Below the pieces are notes generated by a model, which worked only from the letters and a program-made list of their open reading frames with translations, ran no database searches and was not told the origin of the DNA. Position numbers and translations under genes: made by a program. Of a stretch of 62,498 bases of DNA, positions 58,854 through 62,498 are shown in pieces (within the stretch, counting starts at the first letter, position 1; the number at the start of each line of letters is the position of its first letter). Origin of the DNA: Chloroflexota bacterium (GTDB taxonomy: Bacteria > Chloroflexota > Dehalococcoidia > Dehalococcoidales > UBA2162). The stretch is from the NCBI GenBank assembly GCA_016190895.1, contig JACPPR010000028.1:1-62498 (forward strand), read 5' to 3'.

Positions 58854-60413
58854 ATGTCCGAAGAATCCGAAATCAAGAAGAAACAGCTGGATGCCTTGAA
58901 CGAACGTCGCAAGAAGGCTGCCGAGATGGGCGGCGGGGAGCGGGTGGCGCGGCAGAAAGAGTCCGGCAAGCTGAATGCGCGCGAGCGCATCGATGCCCTC
59001 CTGGATAAAGGCACCTTCCGCGAGACAGGCATGTTCGCTAAAAGCCGGGGCGCCGCCGATGTCCCTGCCGATGCCGTCATCACCGGCTACGGCAAAATAG
59101 ACGGCCGCAAGGTGTACATCTACTCCCAGGATTTCACCAGCAACGGCGGCACCCTCTCGGAAATCCACGCCCAGAAGATTTGCCGCGCCCTGGATAGCGC
59201 CTTGAAAGAAGGCTGCCCGGTTATCGGCTTGAATGATTCGGGCGGCGCCAGGATTCAAGATGGTGTGGATGCCCTCGCTGGCTTCGGCCAGATTTTTTAT
59301 CGAAACACCGCTGCCTCGGGAGTCATCCCCCAGATTTGTGCCATCCTGGGGCCGAACGCGGGCGGAGCTGTCTATTCGCCCGCCCTGATGGACTTCACCT
59401 TTATGGTCAAGGGCATCAGTTTCGCCTTTATCACCGGTTCTCGGGTGGTCAAAGCGGTCACCGGACAGGATGTCACCGATGAGGAGTTGGGCGGGGCGAC
59501 AGCCGTCCAGAAAAAGGCGGGGGTCGCCTGCCGCTCGGAGAACAATGAAGCGGAGTGCTTCCAGCACATTAAAGAGTTGTTAAGTTACCTGCCATCGAGT
59601 AACAGGGAAAAGGCACCGAAAGCCGACTGGTACGATAAGCCCGACCGCACCGACCCGGCACTGTTCGATATCGTGCCGGCGGCGCCGAACCGCCCCTACG
59701 ATATGCACAAGCTCATCGAAAGAATCTTCGATAGGCACAAGGGTCAGCAGAACTACTTCGAGCTATTCCCGCTCTTCGCCACCAATATCATCACCTGCTT
59801 CGCCAGGCTCAACCAGCATTCGGTCGGCATCATCGCCAACCAGCCGATGTCCAAGGCGGGCTGCCTGGACATCGACGCCAGCGATAAGGCTTCCCGCTTT
59901 ATCCGCTTCTGCGATGCCTTCAATATCCCCATCATCAACCTGGTGGATGTGCCCGGCTACCTGCCCGGCACCGAGCAGGAGTGGGGCGGCATCATCCGGC
60001 ACGGGGCGAAGATGCTTTACGCCTACTCGGAAGCCACCGTGCCCAAGCTCACCCTGACCATCAGAAAAGCCTACGGCGGCTCCTATTTGGGGATGTGCAG
60101 CAAGGATTTGGGGGCGGATTTCGTCTTCTGCTGGCCGAGCACCGAGCTGGCGGTGATGGGGGCAGAGGGGGCGGCCCCGATTATCTTCCGCAGAGACCTG
60201 GAAAAAGCCGCCGACCCCGCCAAAGCCCTGGAAGAAAAAATCAAAGAATACCGCGAGGAGTTTGCCAACCCCTACAAAGCCGCCGAACACCTGCACGTGG
60301 ATGATGTCCTCGACCCCGCCGAAACCCGCCCTAGATTGATAGAAGCCCTTGAAATGACTTTAGAGAAGTCTGAAAGCAGACCAGCCAAAAAGCACGGGGT
60401 GGGGCCGGTGTAA
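58854..60413 (+). CDS. acyl-CoA carboxylase/decarboxylase carboxyltransferase subunit (PccB/MmdA-like)
   Basis: ARERI..LLD, DSGGARIQ, AGGAVYSPAL.D, RFCDAFNIP, DVPGYLPG, RKAYGG and AVMGAEGA. Confidence 0.95.
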   Translation: MSEESEIKKKQLDALNERRKKAAEMGGGERVARQKESGKLNARERIDALLDKGTFRETGMFAKSRGAADVPADAVITGYGKIDGRKVYIYSQDFTSNGGTLSEIHAQKICRALDSALKEGCPVIGLNDSGGARIQDGVDALAGFGQIFYRNTAASGVIPQICAILGPNAGGAVYSPALMDFTFMVKGISFAFITGSRVVKAVTGQDVTDEELGGATAVQKKAGVACRSENNEAECFQHIKELLSYLPSSNREKAPKADWYDKPDRTDPALFDIVPAAPNRPYDMHKLIERIFDRHKGQQNYFELFPLFATNIITCFARLNQHSVGIIANQPMSKAGCLDIDASDKASRFIRFCDAFNIPIINLVDVPGYLPGTEQEWGGIIRHGAKMLYAYSEATVPKLTLTIRKAYGGSYLGMCSKDLGADFVFCWPSTELAVMGAEGAAPIIFRRDLEKAADPAKALEEKIKEYREEFANPYKAAEHLHVDDVLDPAETRPRLIEALEMTLEKSESRPAKKHGVGPV

Positions 60414-60478
60414 CGCTGCGAGGGAACTGGCGGTATATCTCGAACGCTAGAAAAAGAGGATGTTTAATAATAACGCGT

Positions 60479-60584
60479 CCATTCCGTGCTTGACACGGAA
60501 TCCAGAAAACCAAGATGAAGACGGCGTCGCAAAAAACCTGGATACCGACTGGAGTTTACCCCGTACTTGTCGGGGTCGGCATGG
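60479..60584. repeat. family D repeat with an insert in its second hairpin loop
   Basis: The TTCG loop is replaced by GGAGTTTACCCCGTACTTGTCGGGG. Confidence 0.85.
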
Positions 60585-60649
60585 CTATGTTGCCAAAATA
60601 CACCCTGTAATAGAAAACGTGGTAAAATCCGTGTTAGGGGAGGCAATCG

Positions 60650-60859
60650 ATGGATAAAGAGATAATCTTTCTCGTGGAAGAAGATGTCGAGGGGGGATTC
60701 ACAGCCAGAGCCCTCGACCATGCCATCTTTACCGAAGCTGATACTTTAGAAGAGTTAAAAACAATGGCGCAGGATGCGGTTCGGTGCCACTTCGACAAGG
60801 AAGAAATGCCGGCAATCATCCGCTTGCACTTCGTGAAAGATGAGGTCATTCCAGCGTGA
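60650..60859 (+). CDS. hicB: HicB-like antitoxin (short form)
   Basis: EIIFLVEE..EGGF.A......IFTEADTLEEL.....DAV. Confidence 0.85.
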   Translation: MDKEIIFLVEEDVEGGFTARALDHAIFTEADTLEELKTMAQDAVRCHFDKEEMPAIIRLHFVKDEVIPA

Positions 60860-61098
60860 AACTCCCCAGGGGCCTCAGCGGAGATGAGCTATCCAGGGCG
60901 CTTGTGAAACACGGATACGAAGTGACCCGGCAAACGGGCAGTCATCTCAGGTTGATATCCGCTGCCAAAGGTACTGAACACCACATAACAATCCCACGTC
61001 ATAGGACGCTGAAGATAGGTACTCTCAATGGCATACTGAATGAAGTGGCTGCCTATCTCGAAATAGATAAGAAAACGCTCACGGAAGAATTATTTTGA
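60856..61098 (+). CDS. hicA: HicA family toxin (mRNA interferase)
   Basis: GY...RQTGSH, ITIP.H and LKIGTL..IL; GTGA overlap with hicB. Confidence 0.92.
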   Translation: MKLPRGLSGDELSRALVKHGYEVTRQTGSHLRLISAAKGTEHHITIPRHRTLKIGTLNGILNEVAAYLEIDKKTLTEELF

Positions 61099-61196
61099 TG
61101 AAGTCTTCCCGCCCCCGCCTCATCGAAGCCCTTGAAATGGCTCTGGATAAGTCTGAAGCTAGGCCAGCTAAGAAACACGGGGTGGGGCCGGTGTGA
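61098..61196 (+). other. recoded duplicate of the carboxyltransferase 3' end; 32-aa mini-ORF coupled to hicA (TGATG)
   Basis: MKSSRPRLIEALEMALDKSEARPAKKHGVGPV versus the gene end TRPRLIEALEMTLEKSESRPAKKHGVGPV. Confidence 0.85.
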
Positions 61197-61208
61197 GGTC
61201 TTTTTATC

Positions 61209-62312
61209 ATGAAGACTAAAGCTTTTGAGTACAGTAAGAAAACACTCACATTTCTCGATATTCTTGGCTTTGAAAGAATCGTAAGTCGGTCGGAGAACAA
61301 CCCTGAGCTTGTTGGCAAGATCGTAAATATTTTAGCGCGTTCCAAGAACATTGCATCATCTAACTTGAATGCCAAGCTCACGATACTGAAGGTAAATCCC
61401 CAAGAATACACATATCGCGCATTCTCAGATACCTCTATAATTAGCGGGCCTTATTCATCTGACGATGACATGAGTTTTTTGTCTATGTGGGTAATGTACT
61501 ACCAATACTTCATGTGGAAGGAAGAATCAGCTTTTATACGCGGAGCAGCAGTGTACGGCGACATGTACCAAGATCAAGAGATTGTTTTTGGACCAGCTCT
61601 AATAGATGCATATCATCTCGAAAGCCAGGAGACAAAAGCTTCATGGCCTAGAGTGCTTATCGGCGACAGTCTGCTCAATAAGCTTTCAAAAGAGGAACGT
61701 GAAAGAGCCTTTTACGAGTTCCTAAGGCGAGGAGACGACAACCTGGTCTACCTAGATTATTTACGAGAGCTATTCCATTTGCTATCTTTGGCAGAAAATA
61801 AGAAAATAATTGGAGAGCGGCAGGAAGATTTTGGCGAGCCAATTAAGTTATTTGAAGATCATAAGAAAGCCATTCTGGGACAAGTGAATACTACATCAAA
61901 GCAAGGTGACAGAAATCAGCATAAGAAGATTATTGGAAAGTACGTGGAACTATCTAACTACCATAATGCTACAATTGACAACCTCCGTCATGTTATTGAA
62001 GGCTTGTTAAGTAACCCAGCCATCATACGCGCGGTATTTGACGACCATCTTGCTTCCTTTACATCAAAGCAATCAGGATCAAAATATGATACCGAGTACA
62101 GTGCAGAGGAGCATCCCGACCAAGCAGATATGTTAAACATTATCTGCGCAGTGACGAACGTTATCATCAGAGATCGTCAAGAAGAGAATATTACGTTACA
62201 GGAAGCGCTCAATGACGTATGTCTTGAAATGCCAAAAGAGCTGTCGATACTAGACGTGGGCTTGCAGAAGGCATTGATAGATACAAATAGCCTAAGTCAA
62301 TTAGCTGCTTAA
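61209..62312 (+). CDS. hypothetical protein with a class III nucleotidyl-cyclase-like N-terminal domain
   Basis: FLDILGF, FSDT, IRGAAVYG, FGPALIDAY.LES and WPRV; AT-richer than core genes. Confidence 0.65.
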   Translation: MKTKAFEYSKKTLTFLDILGFERIVSRSENNPELVGKIVNILARSKNIASSNLNAKLTILKVNPQEYTYRAFSDTSIISGPYSSDDDMSFLSMWVMYYQYFMWKEESAFIRGAAVYGDMYQDQEIVFGPALIDAYHLESQETKASWPRVLIGDSLLNKLSKEERERAFYEFLRRGDDNLVYLDYLRELFHLLSLAENKKIIGERQEDFGEPIKLFEDHKKAILGQVNTTSKQGDRNQHKKIIGKYVELSNYHNATIDNLRHVIEGLLSNPAIIRAVFDDHLASFTSKQSGSKYDTEYSAEEHPDQADMLNIICAVTNVIIRDRQEENITLQEALNDVCLEMPKELSILDVGLQKALIDTNSLSQLAA

Positions 62313-62498
62313 GACTTAGTAGGCAAGGGTGGCCTGCGTTTCACCACCCTCTCCAAATGTAGCCGCTCACGCTCTCTGACCGCATTTAGCCCGATGTCAG
62401 TGGCCGTCTGGATGGCTCGATTTGTTTGGCCTGCCTGGGGTTCCGCCGAAGTCTCTCGCCTGATGAAGCCCTTGCAGGTAGGGAAGACAAGCCGGGGC

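Noticed and set aside
2799-60584. Recurring palindromes as a CRISPR array
   Set aside because: Copies are dispersed and variable, not regularly interspaced, and there are no cas genes.
62309-62498. Open minus-strand frame running off the window end (...RERLHLERVVKRRPPLPTKS)
   Set aside because: Too short and motif-free to call; it may be the 3' end of a gene outside the window.
1-62498. tRNA, rRNA or known riboswitch genes
   Set aside because: None recognised by eye; a covariance-model scan would be needed to exclude them.

Overview
Anaerobic bacterial chromosome segment, most likely class Dehalococcoidia (Chloroflexota). This is inferred from the lipoprotein solute-binding protein style, the uvrB-ruvA-ruvC-yebC and glmM-glmU-glmU-glmS gene orders, and the repeat families. 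Contents from left to right: a truncated IS5/IS1182-type transposase; an orphan gene; a nitroreductase; glycogen genes (glgP, glgB, malQ); a frameshifted peptide-type ABC solute-binding protein; a probable unannotated selenoprotein (in-frame UGA plus SECIS-like hairpin); DNA repair genes with an inserted REP-flanked RAYT; amino-sugar genes followed by an OLD-type nuclease; a LonC-like protease; and a ~20 kb Wood-Ljungdahl cluster (cooC-fhs-acsV-cooC-folD-folD-orf-acsD-cooS-acsB-acsC-acsE-nuoG'EF-metVF). These are followed by a UroD/MtaA-family protein, an atypical OYE-type flavoenzyme, VOC, DUF3786, mobA, an acyl-CoA carboxyltransferase, HicBA and a nucleotidyl-cyclase-like protein. The most notable observations are (1) the CxU selenoprotein, (2) two tandem FolD paralogues with complementary loss of catalytic motifs, (3) at least seven families of short palindromic repeats that nest inside one another, sit in-frame within malQ, supply stop codons and flank accessory genes, and (4) a recoded duplicate of the carboxyltransferase 3' end that brackets HicBA. 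All family assignments come from motif recognition by eye; no database searches were run.
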